64,000 nucleotides of DNA. Source: Calditrichia bacterium (GTDB lineage Bacteria; Calditrichota; Calditrichia; JAJRVZ01). The position numbers and the translations under genes are program-made. The stretch spans positions 672,001 through 736,000 of the forward strand of contig CAWCNS010000005.1 of the NCBI GenBank assembly GCA_963796965.1. The letters run 5' to 3'. The notes under the pieces are model-generated. The model saw only the letters and a program-made list of their open reading frames with translations. It ran no database searches and had not been told where the DNA came from. Below, piece after piece: positions 63,061 through 64,000 of this stretch; the stretch's first letter is position 1, and each line of letters starts with the position of its first letter.

Positions 63061-64000
63061 TTAATTCACCACCACCGTCTGATTCAGCCCAGGAGCAGTG
63101 GCCGGCCAGACTAATTTCTTTCCCTCGGCCATCTTAGCCTCAATATAGTACTCAATATCCCCACCAGTTGCAGGGGGGAGTGTCGCTGAATAAACGGCCC
63201 GGGCCTGATGATCCAGATTTATCATGTAAAAATCGCTTTTTCCCATTTCTCGCCAAAATAAAACCGCTGACTGCGGCGCCTGACTATCCAGAATGATGAC
63301 CGGGATTTTCAGGGATTCTTTGGCACCTATCCTTGAGCGTCGTGTCAGTACAATCAGACGCCCGCCTCCCAGATAATCTTTAGTGGGGTGGATTTCTGCG
63401 GGTAACGGCTGCCCCAGAATCTCTTCCAACCTTTTATCATGAAGATCTAAGAAGTGTTCTTTGTTTGAATTTCGCCGCACATGCTGCTCGCAATTGGCTA
63501 CCGTACCCAACTCCCCTGGTGTTTGCACGGTCTGTAAAAGCAGGGTCATCATCGTTTCCCATTGACGGGCCATGGTTATCCTGATCTTTACCGCCTCTGT
63601 GGCAAGATTGCTGGTTTTTGAAGCCTCTTTGTTTTCTTTCATTTCTTCCATTATCTTATCCAAACGACCACGCGTGCACCCAATTTCCCCTACGGCACGC
63701 AAAAATTGAAACGTATTCAGCCAATAATCAAAACGGGAAAGATTTCCGGCACCTTCCACCTCCTCTCGCAGCATGGCCATTTCATCCACAAATTTGTATT
63801 TATCTTTTTCCTTATCCCAGGGAGTTTTATTAACCTTAATCCCACCCGGTCCGCCTATCCAATCAGATGGCCTTGGTAAATTGGTTTCCTTTTTCAGTGG
63901 ACTGTACGCCCCTCCATCAAGTCTGATAAACATCTCTCCCAGGGGCCCAGCCACTGCTTTGCCGAATTCGGCCCTGGCCCAATCCTGGTAAAAATCCACT
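63061..64000 (-). CDS. C-terminal part of a probable carbohydrate-active protein (5' end outside window)
   Basis: Open to the window edge; DFYQDWARAEFG, PRPSDWIGGPGG, EYYIEA..WPATAP. Confidence 0.55.
   Translation of the reverse strand, partial: VDFYQDWARAEFGKAVAGPLGEMFIRLDGGAYSPLKKETNLPRPSDWIGGPGGIKVNKTPWDKEKDKYKFVDEMAMLREEVEGAGNLSRFDYWLNTFQFLRAVGEIGCTRGRLDKIMEEMKENKEASKTSNLATEAVKIRITMARQWETMMTLLLQTVQTPGELGTVANCEQHVRRNSNKEHFLDLHDKRLEEILGQPLPAEIHPTKDYLGGGRLIVLTRRSRIGAKESLKIPVIILDSQAPQSAVLFWREMGKSDFYMINLDHQARAVYSATLPPATGGDIEYYIEAKMAEGKKLVWPATAPGLNQTVVVN

Noticed and set aside
510..63991. All plus-strand ORFs and short nested minus-strand ORFs in the ORF track
   Set aside because: They are shadows of longer minus-strand genes with recognisable motifs, and none has a recognisable domain.

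Overview
Bacterial chromosomal region of about 40% GC (visual estimate). It looks like a polysaccharide-degrading anaerobe of the KSB1/Calditrichota/FCB type, which is an inference. Every substantial gene in the 64 kb lies on the minus strand. The content is a patchwork of CAZymes (GH36, GH2, GH106-like, GH28, alginate-lyase-like, SGNH esterase), signalling genes, transporters and small accessory genes, often separated by several families of REP-like palindromes. Highlights: (1) A complete IS110 element (1251-2960) whose upstream bridge RNA can be decoded by eye. Its guides match the reconstructed donor junction and the target. The target is a CACAGAG-type palindromic repeat that flanks a GxxExxY nuclease-family gene and is dispersed across the window. 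(2) A decaying integron cassette array without integrase (CALIN, ~49.6-53.4 kb), containing a TA cassette and a gene-less cassette that may carry a promoter. (3) Tiny hairpin modules nested inside repeats and at deletion scars. (4) A REC / degenerate sigma54-ATPase / membrane 4Fe-4S fusion with a local duplication footprint. At least eight genes are split by single-base indels, probably long-read errors. No rRNA, tRNA or CRISPR array was seen.
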